Assembly (NCBI GenBank): GCA_964016885.1
Contig: OZ024741.1
Span: 188,232,001-188,296,000 of the forward strand
Direction: 5' to 3'
Source of the DNA: Eledone cirrhosa
Lineage: Eukaryota
DNA length: 64,000 nt
Shown here: positions 1 through 12,153 of the stretch, piece after piece
Layout of the letters: the number at the start of each line of letters is the position of its first letter
Numbering within the stretch: position 1 is the first letter of the stretch
The notes under the pieces: generated by a model
Database searches by the model: none
Told to the model about the DNA's origin: nothing
The model's input: only the letters and a program-made list of their open reading frames with translations
Program-made: the position numbers and the translations under genes

Positions 1-1580
1 CTGGTAACTTCAATCAACAGGATGGGTAGCACCAAGAGGGTTACATTAAAGTACAAGATGGCTATGATTATTGGTTGAGAAATGAAGAGGGTGTGAGAAT
101 TCTGTGATGCAAATGACACTAACTTTAGGAAACAAGCCAGCCACCTAATCACCTACCAATCAGGCAAAACACAATGCTTATTAACACTTTGGTTTTTGCT
201 AAGATGACTCTCGACCCTTTTGATTTTAAGTTCTGTTTTTATAGCTGGAATGTATTTGCTAGTTCTTCCACAGATTCAGCTATGTGGACCAGATCATTGG
301 CATACACAGGTTTCATGAACAACCAGTCTTAAACACTTCTGTTATGACCTGGAGAATTATAATAAACAAAAGTGTGCTGCAGAGAGAACCCTGATGTACC
401 TTTAATTTCTCACTAAACTCATTTATATTCTCACTTTACTGACAGCTCCTATGTACATGGCTTGCACTGCTCTCACAAGCCACTCTTCTACACTTAGTTT
501 CCTTAAGGACCACCAGATGACACATTGAGGTACTCTGTCAAAGGCTTTCTCTAGATCAACAAAAGCTAGATTTAGAGGCTTACTCTTAGCTACGAACTTC
601 CCATGGCTTTACCATTTTTCATCTCCTTGCTTATTTCTTTGACCCTGTAACTATCAATTTTGATAGCTCGTCCCTCTGTTGGGTCAATTGGCGATAATCA
701 CTCTTACCCCATTCATTAACCTCTCATAGTAACATTTCCAGGCCTGTTTCCTTTAAGCATCAGTGTCATTTCGAACACACTTTTCCCCAACAATATCATG
801 ATTCACACTGATACAATGCATAGCTAGGGAGAACACCTCACACCTCTGATCCTCACATTGCAAGGTATTGGCGAACCTCCTTCTTTCAGCCTCTTTTCAT
901 GCTATTGTATATCTGTTGTCTTGACTCTCTTTTAGTTACCTGGTACTGGCCTCTGCTGCCTCCATTTTCCACACTTGACTTATGGCTTTAAAGGCTCTAT
1001 CCACTGAGCTGTTTTCACTACCAGGTCACCCTCTGTCTGGCTTTGTTTGCTCCAACCACAATAGCCAGAAGTATGTTATCATGTACAAACTTTCAAATGT
1101 GCTCTATGTCAAATGTGTCTAACTTGTCTTACTTCTCATATATCTCTCGTAAAGTTTTCCTGAACCCATACTTAACAGAAAGATCCTTCTAAACTCTTCT
1201 CCTCAGATTCTCCTGTCTTGAGCTTATGCTGATGTCGCTAATAACTAACTTGTGTTGAGAAGTGCATTCTTCTCTGGAGAAGACCTCAACCATCTGTCAA
1301 TCTTGCTTTCTAACAAGTACAAAGTCAATCTGTTTTGTATGTTCACCTGATTGGCAGGTAATCAGGTGGCTGGTTGGTTTCCAGAAGTTAGTGTTGCAAA
1401 TGATGAGATCATTTGCATCACAGAATTCCAGGAGTCTCATTCTCTTTTCCTCTCTCAAGCTATAGCCGCAGCAATAGCCTTGTGTGCACCAGCGTAGCCC
1501 TCCTTGTGCTGTCCAACATAACCATTAAAGTTGCTTGCTAGGATGATGAAGTCTCTGTCATCAGTGTCTGAAGTATAATT
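1..1580. mobile_element. Degenerate RTE LINE fragments (1-170 plus strand, APE; about 190-1580 minus strand, APE-RT)
   Basis: Remnants similar to the RTE copies elsewhere in the window (NFRKQASHLITYQSG, LAFVDLEKAFDRVP, QGSL, YANDL). Boundaries approximate. Confidence 0.7.
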
Positions 1581-1611
1581 CTTCATAGAAATGACCCAAT
1601 ATATCATTCAT

Positions 1612-1877
1612 CATCATTCATTTCATTTTACGTCCGCTTTTTCCCTGCTTGCAAGGGTGGGACAGGAACTGATTCTGGCTTGATTTCTACAGCTGGATGC
1701 CCTTCCTAACACCAACCTCATTTACAGTGAGTGCTGGGTGCTTTTTTGCTGTGGCACCTCCACGACCACTTTGTAGTGGAATGATATGGACCCCAGTCCC
1801 TATCATCTCATTTCTACAGCTGAGTAAACTGGAGCAATGTGAAATAAAGTTTACTCAGCTGTAGAAATGAGATGATA
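1612..1877 (-). mobile_element. 5'-truncated SINE family A with a 30-bp fold-back inversion
   Basis: Matches the 3' two-thirds of the SINE at 26632. 1801-1830 is repeated in inverted orientation at 1848-1877. Confidence 0.85.
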
Positions 1878-1984
1878 ATATATATATATATATATGTAGG
1901 AGGTGAGTTTTATTGTAGTACAATAAAGCAATGCAGATATCAGATAAGAAGCACTCTACAGTTTGTAGGACTGGAGTATACATA

Positions 1985-2316
1985 ATATAAGATCAAAAGA
2001 TGGTTAAAGGAGTTCCATGTATTTTATTATGCGCATTTCAAAAACAAACATCATCATGCAATAATATTTGTGTTTTCATCAGATAAAACAGGAGAACATG
2101 ATATGAAGGCTAAAAAACACTTGTGGATAGTGCAGTTTTAAATCAACATATATGTTGATTTAAAACTGCACTATCCACAAGTGTTTTTTAGCCTTCATAT
2201 CATGTTCTCCTGTTTTATCTGATGAAAACACAAATATTATTGCATGATGATGTTTGTTTTTGAAATGCGCATAATAAAATACATGGAACTCCTTTAACCA
2301 TCTTTTGATCTTATAT
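1985..2316. repeat. 332-bp spacerless palindrome with a hammerhead ribozyme in each arm
   Basis: Symmetric about 2150/2151; the arms read as exact reverse complements. Confidence 0.93.
2212..2280 (+). ncRNA. Minimal type I hammerhead ribozyme (mirror copy 2021-2089, minus)
   Basis: GTTTTAT-CTGATGA-[stem II AAACACAAATATTAT.../ATGATGTTTGTTTTT]-GAAA-TGCGCA-TA^-ATAAAAT. Stem I pairs, stem III is palindromic, cleavage triplet AUA. Confidence 0.8.
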
Positions 2317-2382
2317 ATTATATATATATATATAGAAAAGATGAATATAAAATGAAAGTGCTTTTATAAAGGAATTTATTAG

Positions 2383-2503
2383 GTATTGACATATGTTTCT
2401 GTAACAGACGGAATACCTATGTATCGCTGCTTGCGTAATCATATAATGTTAGCAAGTATTCGATAGCAAATGTATAATCAGTTGTCACTTCTTCAAAGAT
2501 ATT
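2383..2503 (-). ncRNA. Degenerate hammerhead-like motif
   Basis: TTGAAGA-AGTGACA...TGTTACA-GAAA-CATATG-TC. First core base mutated, stem I weak, GUC site. Confidence 0.45.
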
Positions 2504-2801
2504 GGATAAATTGGAAAAAATCAGAAAAATCAAAATATTTATATTAGTTGTAAGAAAGGAAGAAGAGAAGGGATAGGATATGACAGATGGCAATTCAATT
2601 TGCTGGTAAACAAGTATATAGAAGGTTTTTAATGAGAATACAATGAGTATATGGCTTATTTTATCTAAATAAGAATTTTGGGGAGTGCCTATTTTAATCT
2701 ATATTTGACCAGTTGAACAATGGACAGGGCTGGTCGTTTGGTGTAGTAGTATTTATATATATATATATTTGTGCCTATATATATAGATTTGTGCCAGGAA
2801 A

Positions 2802-4400
2802 AAGTATCACAGATGCTTTCTTCCTTGTGAGGCAACTGCAGGAGAAGTAGCAAGCTAAAAGTAAGCCCTGCTACTTGGCATTTGTTAACCTGGAGAAAGC
2901 TTCTGGCAGATTTCCCCATTCCATAATCTGGTGGGCTCTTAGAAAACTAGAAGCAGATGAGTGGCTTGTGAAGACAGTACAAGCCATGTACAGAGGAGCA
3001 ATCAGCAAGGTTAGAATTAACAATGATTATAGTGAGGAATTTAACATCAGAGCTCTGTTCTTAGCTCTATCCTATTCATTATCATCCTGCAGGCTATAAC
3101 AGAAGATTTTAAGACCAGCTGCCCATGGGAACTCATGGCAAAATTAGAGAAGAAATTCCAAACTTGGAAGCATAGCTTAGAATCAAAAGGTCTTATAGAC
3201 TACTGGGTAAAAACTAAAGTCCTAGTAAGTAGAAAGGAAAACAGGACTCAGATACCTTCAGGGAAATGGCCTTGTTCTGTGTGCAGGAAGGAGTGGGTAG
3301 AAATTCCACTCTATTCCTAAATGCAAACTACAGGGGCACAAGAAATGGAGTGGAATCTCAAACAGGCTAGCAAAGAACATAGGTTTTGTATGTGGTCGAT
3401 GCACCACAGCAATAAGTATCAAGAGCTCACAGGAAACAAGCTCCTTTAAATGCCTAGAAGACTCCATAGAAGTAGTAGATAGTGTCTGTTACCTAGACAA
3501 CCAAATTAGCAGTAGAGGTGGGTGTTCCAAAAGTATAGCAGCCAGAGTGAGAACAGGGCGGAAAAAGTTCAGGTAGCTACTACTGTTGTTAGCTACAAAA
3601 CATTTTGTCCTCAAAACAAAAGGAAGATTGTATGAAACTTGTGTACACACAGCAATGCTGTATGGTAGTGAGGACCTGGTTGCTGTGTGCAGAGGACCTG
3701 CAAAGATTAGAAAGAAATGAAGCTTGCATGCTCTGATGGATATGTAATAGTAGTGTGCATGAATGGCAAAGCATCAATGAACTGAGAGAGAAACTAGGCA
3801 TAAGGAGAGTCAGATGCAGTAAGCAGGAGAGAAGATTGCATTAGTTTAGACATGTGAGGCATTCAAAGTCAATGAAAGAGGAAAACCTAGGAAAGCATGG
3901 GATGAAGTGATAAAAGCTCATCTTGCTCACAAAGGAGATGACACTGGATCGAGACTTTGTCGCTATGCTGTACTGCAGAAGGCACAACTTCCCATGTGCA
4001 CAGGATGAAACAATCTTGTAGAAGACACATCTTAGCACCAATTTTCTGCTCTTTACACTTCCCTCTCACCAGTTATCAAACTTGGAAATTTGCATACTTG
4101 TTCCAACCGTCACTCCCCACCCCTGTTAAACCTCTCCAGCCAAACCTCATGTCAAAGAGAACAAAGAACAACACAACGTCCACCCCGTATGGTGATCCTG
4201 GTGCTTCAACAAATAAGGATCTAGTACACATTGTAGTGTGTTTGACGTTAGGAAGGGCATCCAGCTGTAGAAACCAAGCCAAAATATAGATCCATATGAG
4301 TAAGATGCAATCGCCTAACCAGACTTGTCTCATAATGTGACAACCTGTCTAACCCATGCAAGCATGGATAAATAGCTGTTAAATGATGATGACGATGATG
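2802..4400 (+). mobile_element. Degenerate 5'-truncated RTE LINE (RT to 3' UTR, (GAT)n tail)
   Basis: ORF pieces AFVNLEKASGRFPHSIIWWALRKL and KWPCSVCRK, plus the shared 3' tail. Confidence 0.88.
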
Positions 4401-4472
<72 letters not shown>

Positions 4473-4475
4473 CAT

Positions 4476-5652
4476 AGGGCACAGGTGCCCTCTGGGAAAT
4501 GACCATGCTCAGTATGTAGGAAAGGAGTAGGTAGAAATTCCATTCTATGTCCCAAATGCAAACTATGGGTACATAAAAGATGTAGTGGGATCACAGGCAA
4601 GCTATCTAAGAACGTAGATTTTATATGTGGCCGATGCTCAGGTGCAATAAGTAGCAAGTGCCCACAGGATACTAGCTCCTTCTACTGCCCAGATGGTTCC
4701 ATAGAAATAGTGGACACTTTCTGTTTCCTGGGTTACAAAATCAGTGGTGGGTGTGCTGAAATTACAGTAGCCAGAGTTAGAACAGGATGGAAAAAGTTTA
4801 GAGAGCTTATACCACTGTTGGCCACAAAAGGTTTCTCTCTGAAAATGAAAGGCAGATTGTATGATGCTTGTATACAAAAAACAATGTTACATGGCAGTGA
4901 GACATGGGCATTCAGTGCAGAGGACCTGCGCAGATTGGAAAGGAACGAAGCATGCATGCTCCATTGGATGTGTAATAGTAATATACACGAATGGCAAAAC
5001 ATAAATGAACTAAGTGAGAAATTAGGAATAAGAGGGATCAGATGCTGTTTACTTGAGAGAAGATTACGTTGGTTTGGTCACATGATGCGCATGAAAGACG
5101 ACAGCTGTATAAAAAGTGCAGGGCGATCAAAATTGATGGAAGTTACGGAGTAGGTAGACCCAGAAAAACCAGGGGTGACATGATAAAGTTCAACCTTGTA
5201 CACTTGCACCTCTCTAAGACAATGTTACTGGATCGAGATTTTTGGCGCCACTCAATATTACAGAAGACCCGCCTTCTCTACGTACAAATTTAACCTACAG
5301 TCAGTAGGCCCCTCCAAACCAAACATACACCCCTTCCCACCAACACCACCCTTTCTCTATAAAGTTATGTTGGTACTACTACATTCAGTCCAAACTAATG
5401 AGATCATGTAGGTGTCACAAAAATAAAAAAACAGTCCACACTGTAATGTGGCCGTGTAGGTAACACGGTAAAAAGTTCCCAGTCCACACAGTAAATGTGG
5501 TTGGTGTTAGGAAGGGCATCCAGCCGTAGAAAACCTGCCAGATAGTCCTATACGAGCGAGACACAGTCACCTGACCAATGTTGCCTCAAGTGGGACAACT
5601 CTCGTCTAACCCATGCTAGCGTGGAAGATAGACGTTAAACAATGATGATGAT
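4476..5652 (+). mobile_element. 5'-truncated RTE LINE
   Basis: RT C-terminus ([16 protein letters not shown]), 3' UTR and (GAT)n tail, embedded in (TA)n. Confidence 0.9.
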
Positions 5653-5820
5653 ACATAAATATATACAAATATATATATATAATATATATACACATATACA
5701 TACATATATACACATACATATACATACACACATACACACACACACATATATATTATATATATACAAATATAAATATATATATATATACATATATATATAT
5801 ACACACACATACATATATAT

Positions 5821-5885
<65 letters not shown>

Positions 5886-5931
5886 TATATACATATATAT
5901 ATATACACACACATACATATATATATATACA

Positions 5932-5965
<34 letters not shown>

Positions 5966-5980
5966 CACACACATATATAA

Positions 5981-6966
5981 TGGAAAAAGTTCAGAGAGCT
6001 TATACCACAATTAGCCGCTAAAGGGTTCTCCCTAAAAATGAAAGGCAGGTTGTATGATGCCTGCATACGAACAGCAATGTTGCATGGCAGTGAGACCTGG
6101 GCATTGTGTGCAGAGGATATACGCAGACTAGAGAGGAACGAAGCTTGCATGCTCCGCTGGATGTGTAATAGTAATATACGCGAACGGCAAAGCATAAACG
6201 AACTAAGGAAAAAATTAGAAATAAGAGGGATCAGATGTTGTTTACTCGAGAGAAGGCTACGTTGGTATGGTCAGGTGATGCGCATGAAAGACGACAGCTG
6301 TATAGCAAAGTGCAGGGCAATAAAGATAGACAGTAGCCACGGAGTAGGCAGACCCAGAAAAACATGGGACGAGCTGATAAATTCCAACCTCACACACTTA
6401 CACCTCTCCAAGACAATGTCACTGGACCGAGACCTTTGGCGGTACTCAGTAATAGATAAGACCCGCCTTACCTAAATACAAAGTAAAACCTACTACAGTC
6501 AGTAGGCATCTCTAACAAAATACACCCCCGTCCCACCCCATCCACACCGCCCCTTTCAATGTAAAGTTATGTTGGTGCCACAAAATCCAGGCCGAAACAA
6601 ATGAGATCGTGTAGGTGTCACGACAAAAAAAACACACAGTCCACGCTGTAATGTGACCGTGTAGGCAACACGGTAAAAACCTCCCAGTCCCACACTGTAA
6701 ATGAGGTTGGTGTTAGGAAGGGCATCCAGCTGTAGAAAACCCGCCAGACAGTCCACGCTGTAATGTGACCGTGTAGGCAACACGGTAAAAACCTCCCAGC
6801 CCCACACTGTAAATGTGGTTGGTGTTAGGAAGGGCATCCAACTGTAGAAAACCCGCCAGACAGTCCTATGCGAGCAAGACAACCACTCTTGCCTCAAGTG
6901 GGAAAACTCCCGTCCAAACCCATGCAAGCGTGGAACATGGACGTTAAACGATGATGATGATGATGA

Positions 6967-6970
<4 letters not shown>
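5981..6970 (+). mobile_element. Young 5'-truncated RTE LINE with a 112-bp internal duplication in the 3' UTR
   Basis: ORF 6038-6475 is nearly identical to the C-terminus of ORF 27906-29771. Duplicated unit starts at 6637 and 6749. Confidence 0.92.
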
Positions 6971-7005
<35 letters not shown>

Positions 7006-7244
7006 TATATACATATATATATATACACACACATACATATATATACAAATATATATATATACATATACATACAAATATATACATATACAAATTATATATA
7101 TATATGTGTGTGTGTATGTATGTGTATATATATATGTGTATATGTGTGTGTGTGTGTGTATATATGTGTGTGTGAAAGATGAGTCAGAAGATAACAATAA
7201 GTAATTCATCAGTATCTAGAAAGTATGACATGAGTCATCTAAGT

Positions 7245-7745
7245 GCAGTGGTGGTGATGGTGGTGGTGATGGTAATGGTGGTGGTGGTGGTGGTGGTGGT
7301 GATGGTGTGGTGGTGATGGTAGTGGTGGTGGTGGTGGTGATGGTGGTGGTGGTGGTGGTGATGGTAGTGGTGGTGGTGGTGATGGTGTGGTGGTGATTTT
7401 GTGGTGGTGGTGGTGGTGATGAGGGTGTGATGGTGGTGTTGAGGGTGTGACGGTGGTGGTGATGGTGTTGGTGGTGGTGATGGTGTGGTGGTGGTGGAGG
7501 TGGTGTGGTGGTGGTGGTGGAGGCGGTGTGGTGGTGGAGGGGAGGTGCTGGTGTGGCAGTGGTGGCAGGGTGAGGGTGATTTAGTGGTTGTGGTAATGGA
7601 ACGGTGGTATGTGCTGTTGGGAGGTGTCTGGAGTTGATGTTGGTGGTGGTAGTGGTTATAAAGAGAGTGTTGGTGTGAGGTGCTGATGGTAGCTGTATGT
7701 GGTGGTGGTAGTGTTAGATGTGGTTGGGGTAGTATTGGCAGTGGT
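7245..7745. repeat. Degenerate (GGT)n/(GTG)n simple repeat
   Basis: Seen directly in the sequence. Confidence 0.9.
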
Positions 7746-8059
7746 AGATAGTCATGGTCTGATAAGAGATTTAACAAAATATCTAGAATTGCTAAATATA
7801 TGTCACAGTTTGACAACAATTCCACAGATATTGATTGTTGTGGGAGTGTATGTGTATGCATACACATACATCATGCAATGCAGAATGCAGCCCTGAGGTA
7901 TTTTTCATTCACCCTTAGTTTATTCTTTTTGATACTAACCCAGTCTAACCCATCTCTGGTCCTGTGAATCAAAACTGTCCATTTTAAAGGCTTCCAATTT
8001 AAATTAAAATCTCCCAACATAATTTCATATGTTAAATTGCCATTACAGTGCTGGTCACC

Positions 8060-8480
8060 TCTTAAGCCATCTCCTCTCAACAAGATCATAAAGCATGGCT
8101 TGGACGCTGTAGGTTTCCTTACCTACCTTGAACCAGCTGGGCTGAATCAAGGGTAAGGTTAAAAGGCCAGATGGCATAACAATCTTCCCGTTCCAAGATA
8201 GTAGGCCCTTCATCTGGTGACTAACCCAGGCTTCATTGCTTGTTAGGTCAAAGAGGGCAAACTATTGAAATATTGGTCGCTCTCAGATAGGTTTGTGTTT
8301 GAACCTGTAGCAGTGGAGACTTCTGGTGTTCTTGGTCCCCAAACCACATCCCTACTCACTACTATAGTGATGGAGTTCACTACCTTCAAGTGCAAGCCCT
8401 GCGAGTTGAAAAGGCTTTTCCAATGCGTCTGCCTTGCCATCTTCCAGGGGCATCATTTTCTCCATTCTGTCCACTGAGAC
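8060..8480 (+). mobile_element. Fragment of a CRE-like non-LTR retrotransposon (restriction-like endonuclease domain)
   Basis: LNKIIKHGLDAVGFLTYLEPAGL...KRPDGITIFPF...W, then KYWSL..RFVFEPVAVETSGVLG...LFQCVCLAIFQG. Contains stops and frameshifts. Confidence 0.65.
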
Positions 8481-9271
8481 CAAGAGGCAGCACTTAACAA
8501 ATGTTCTTATATACATTTATAATGGAAGGTTTTCATATATAGAAAGATAGATATAAACACTTTGAAATAACAATTTTCTATTGTTGAACCATGGATCATA
8601 TCAGATGATTTGGAACCAAAATGGTTAAAAACAAAATTTGATATGATTATGGACATACATATCTAGAACACTGCTTCAAAAGGTCTCATCCAATTCATAA
8701 AAGCATGGCAAACTGGATGTTAAAACAATGATGATGATGTGTCATATAAATGATGGAATAACTTTCTCTGGGGTTCTATCAAATGATCACAGTTGTTGGA
8801 GAATTTGCTGCATAAAACCATTGATCTCTTTGAGTAGATTTGTATTCAAGCTCTGTCATCATTAACTCTTTTTCAATCCCCTTGAACATCAATCTAATAA
8901 CTTTAATTTGGATTTTATCCCATCTTGTTGTTTTGTTATTTTTTTCTTTCATTCACTTTATATATTCTTTTATTCTTTTACAAGTTTCAGTTGTTAGACT
9001 GCAATCATGCTGTGGCCCCAGCTTGATTTAGTTGATCATATCAACCCCAGTACATATTTTATCAAGTCTGCCTCATATTTTATAGATCTTTTTCTTGTTG
9101 AACCTTTAAGTTAGGCTACATATACACAGACACAAACAAATATAATGGGCCTCTGCAGTTTCCACTAATAAATTCCACTCATGGTAATACTCAGCTTGAG
9201 GTTATAGTTAAAGGCACGAAATGTGGCAAGACTCAACCCAGAACTACATGGTTACAAATTGAACACCTTAA

Positions 9272-9543
9272 CCTCTTCAGTGCCATAAACAAGATAACTC
9301 ATCCTAACATGTATGCATTCCAGTGTCACAAACGAGATAACTCATCCTAACATGTTTGAACTCTTTTCCAACAGTTCATAACTTCAAAGCTAGATGGGGT
9401 TACTAGTTTATTGATGTGATGTTGGTCAATCATTCAGATATGTGTTGTTAATAAATGTTTGTTTAAAAAAAAATAGTCATTTTACTGTAAATAACCCAGC
9501 ATAGCAACTGTAGCTGTGTAAAATATACACGGCAGTCACGAGG
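9272..9543. mobile_element. piggyBac-type MITE
   Basis: TTAA at 9268-9271 and 9544-9547, with degenerate CCTC...GAGG terminal inverted repeats. Confidence 0.55.
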
Positions 9544-9608
9544 TTAACCACACAATAATGACAGTAAATTGAGTAATTAAGAATGATGAGAGAATAATTT
9601 CAACATAC

Positions 9609-9731
9609 CTGCTTCCCACTGTGTATTCTATTCTTACGGAGGATTGGTTGACTGCCAGTTGTGATCCACACACCAGCTAATGTATTGGAATACACTTCAT
9701 TTTCTTCAATTAAACCTTGGCCCTTCTCGTG
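9609..9731 (-). CDS. FBXO11: FBXO11 internal exon (CASH repeat); gene continues beyond position 1
   Basis: acacag|CAC...CAG|gtatgt. Encodes [41 protein letters not shown]. Confidence 0.95.
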
Positions 9732-9855
9732 CTGTGTACAATAGAAGAACGAAAAACAGTTAAACAAAAATATTCAATATCACACCTTAACAACAAAAAC
9801 ATTGATATTCACAGATGTAGCTGTTACTGTTGTTGACTTGAATTAATATAAATTT

Positions 9856-10915
9856 ATATTTGAGAATCAATCAATCAATAGGTTGCACTGTTTACACAGA
9901 TTCCCTTGACCTGTCACCATCCAATTCTATTGTTCATCATATTCGGTAGGTCAGAGCAATTGCAGTTTATGTCATCACAAATCTGCTTGATATAGGTCTT
10001 GGCTTGTTGTCCTCAATAGAACAGCCATAATGTAGAACAGAGGTAGCAGTTTCTTAAAAGAGGCTGCTTTTCATCTTGTCTGGAAGTCTAGATTTTCACA
10101 CTAGATATAACTTGTCGATGGCACTCCTGGCCTTACTAATGCATGTGTTTACATCACTTTCGCGGCTAGAAATGTTACTACCCAGATAAGTAAATTGTTC
10201 TACACAGTTGAAAGGTGTGCCAGGTACTGTTTTGATTGTTCCATGATATTCTATTGCAATGATGTATGCAAACAAAACAATATAGAAACATGGACTAAGG
10301 GCTGTACTGCCCTTTCCCACAAAAAGGAGATTGGTGTTGCAAAAAATTCACAACTCTATGCTGCTTAACCACTTATGCCCAGAAATCGAAAATGTATTGA
10401 GAAAAAAATCAAAATGGCTTTCAAAGAGGATGATCAACTACTAGTCAAATCTTAACTGTTTGCAGAATTTTTTAAGGTGTGAAAGCTAAATATCTAAATG
10501 CTGTTCTGTTATTCATTGATTTCTCTAAAGCATTCAATTCAATTCATATGGAAGAAATACTGCTAGCCTATGGTATACCAAATGAAACAATAAAAGCCAT
10601 TAAGATGTTCTACAAAAATACATATTCAATGGTACTATCTCCAGATAGTGATACAGATTTCTTTGAAATTGTTGCAGGAGTGCTCCAAGGTGACACTTTA
10701 GTACTCTATATTTTCATCATTTGCTTGGATTACGTTCCTGGAATTTCTATCAATCCATTAAAGACAATGGATTCACACTACATTCATGAGTAAAAGATAT
10801 CCTGACACAAAAATCACAGTTGCAGATTACACTGATAATCTAATAAATCAAGCCGAAACCCATTCTCCATAGTCTTGAACATTCATCCAAAGGTATTGGT
10901 CTCCATATTTGAGAA
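9856..10915 (-). mobile_element. LINE with an inverted 5' half (twin-priming geometry) and 11-bp TSD
   Basis: The 3' part is on the minus strand (VEQFTYLGS...; GATT-repeat tail near 9866-9879). The RT core is inverted on the plus strand (FIDFSKAF, GVLQGDTL). ATATTTGAGAA occurs at 9856-9866 and 10905-10915. Confidence 0.75.
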
Positions 10916-10981
10916 AACACCTCTAAAATATCAGTAAGGGATCATTGATAAAAGTAGAGTTTATCTAAATCAAGAAAGTCA

Positions 10982-11122
<141 letters not shown>

Positions 11123-11259
11123 TTAATTGGAGAAAAAAATCAAGTAAGTAACATGAAGACATACATCAATTACTAAACTACAAGCAATAAAGAATCAATA
11201 TATATATGTGTGTGTGTGTATGGGGGGAATAAGCATGATAACATGATTAAGCAGTTCAT

Positions 11260-11514
11260 TTCACATCCATCAAAGCATGGCAGCTTCAGTTCTTTCCAAT
11301 CTACACACAGTGCCCATGTCTTACTGCCATGCAGCATTGCTGTCCATATACATGCCCTTCATTTTAAGGGCAAAGCTTTTTGTAGCTAGCAGTGGTAGTA
11401 GCTCCCTGAACTTTTTCCATCCCGTTCTCATTCTTGCTACTATACTTTTGGAACACCCACCTCCATTGCTAATTTGGTCCCCCAGCTAACAGAAACTGTC
11501 ACCTGCTCCTATGG

Positions 11515-11515
<1 letters not shown>
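11260..11515 (-). mobile_element. RTE LINE RT fragment
   Basis: Reverse strand gives ARMRTGWKKFRELLPLLATK. Confidence 0.75.
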
Positions 11516-11563
<48 letters not shown>

Positions 11564-11833
11564 AGCAGACATATATTGTGTACATTATAAATATTTTAAA
11601 CACAAATCTAAGTCAAACAGCCTGTTCTTATGTCTTAAATTGGTGTTTATAAATGATAATATCTCACTCTCTCTCATATGGATTTGTCTTATAAGAAATT
11701 AATTTAAAATACGTATTGTTATATTCTAATAAAATTCCTCCTCCACTAATATACATCAGTGTATTCCATTAAACTAACTTATCTATTGTATTCTGTTAAA
11801 CTAACTTATCATATATCATTATATTCTAATAAA

Positions 11834-12007
11834 GGGCGGTGGATTGGCAGTATCAGTAGAGAGTCGGACGCCATGCTTTCCAGCATAGTTACATCCCTTT
11901 ACGGTCTGTGTTCAAATCCCGCCGAGGTTAACTTTGCCTTTCATCCTTACGGGGTCGATAAAATAAAGTACCAGTAATGTACTGGCCTTGTGCCAAAAGT
12001 AGAAACA
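11834..12007 (+). mobile_element. SINE family B with 16-bp TSD
   Basis: B-box-like GTTCAAATCC. TSD ATTATATTCTAATAAA at 11818-11833 and 12008-12023. Homologous to the copy at 33927. Confidence 0.88.
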
Positions 12008-12067
12008 ATTATATTCTAATAAATTAACTTACCATATATATCATTGTATTCTATTAAACTAACTTAC

Positions 12068-12153
12068 CATATATATCATTGTATTCTATTAAACCTCTTC
12101 CTTCACCAAATATATACACACCACCCTGGTGGCCATTGAATATTTCATTTTTC
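12068..12153 (-). CDS. FBXO11: FBXO11 internal exon (CASH repeat)
   Basis: ttttcag|G AAA...TAT G|gtaagt. Encodes [28 protein letters not shown]. Confidence 0.94.

Noticed and set aside
7235-7867. 210-aa His/Thr/Pro-rich ORF
   Set aside because: Translation of a (CCA)n simple repeat with no splice or homology support.
1-9608. Expected next FBXO11 exon (VGVYFYDNGHG...)
   Set aside because: Not found by eye. It probably lies beyond the window, as does the F-box exon above 64000.
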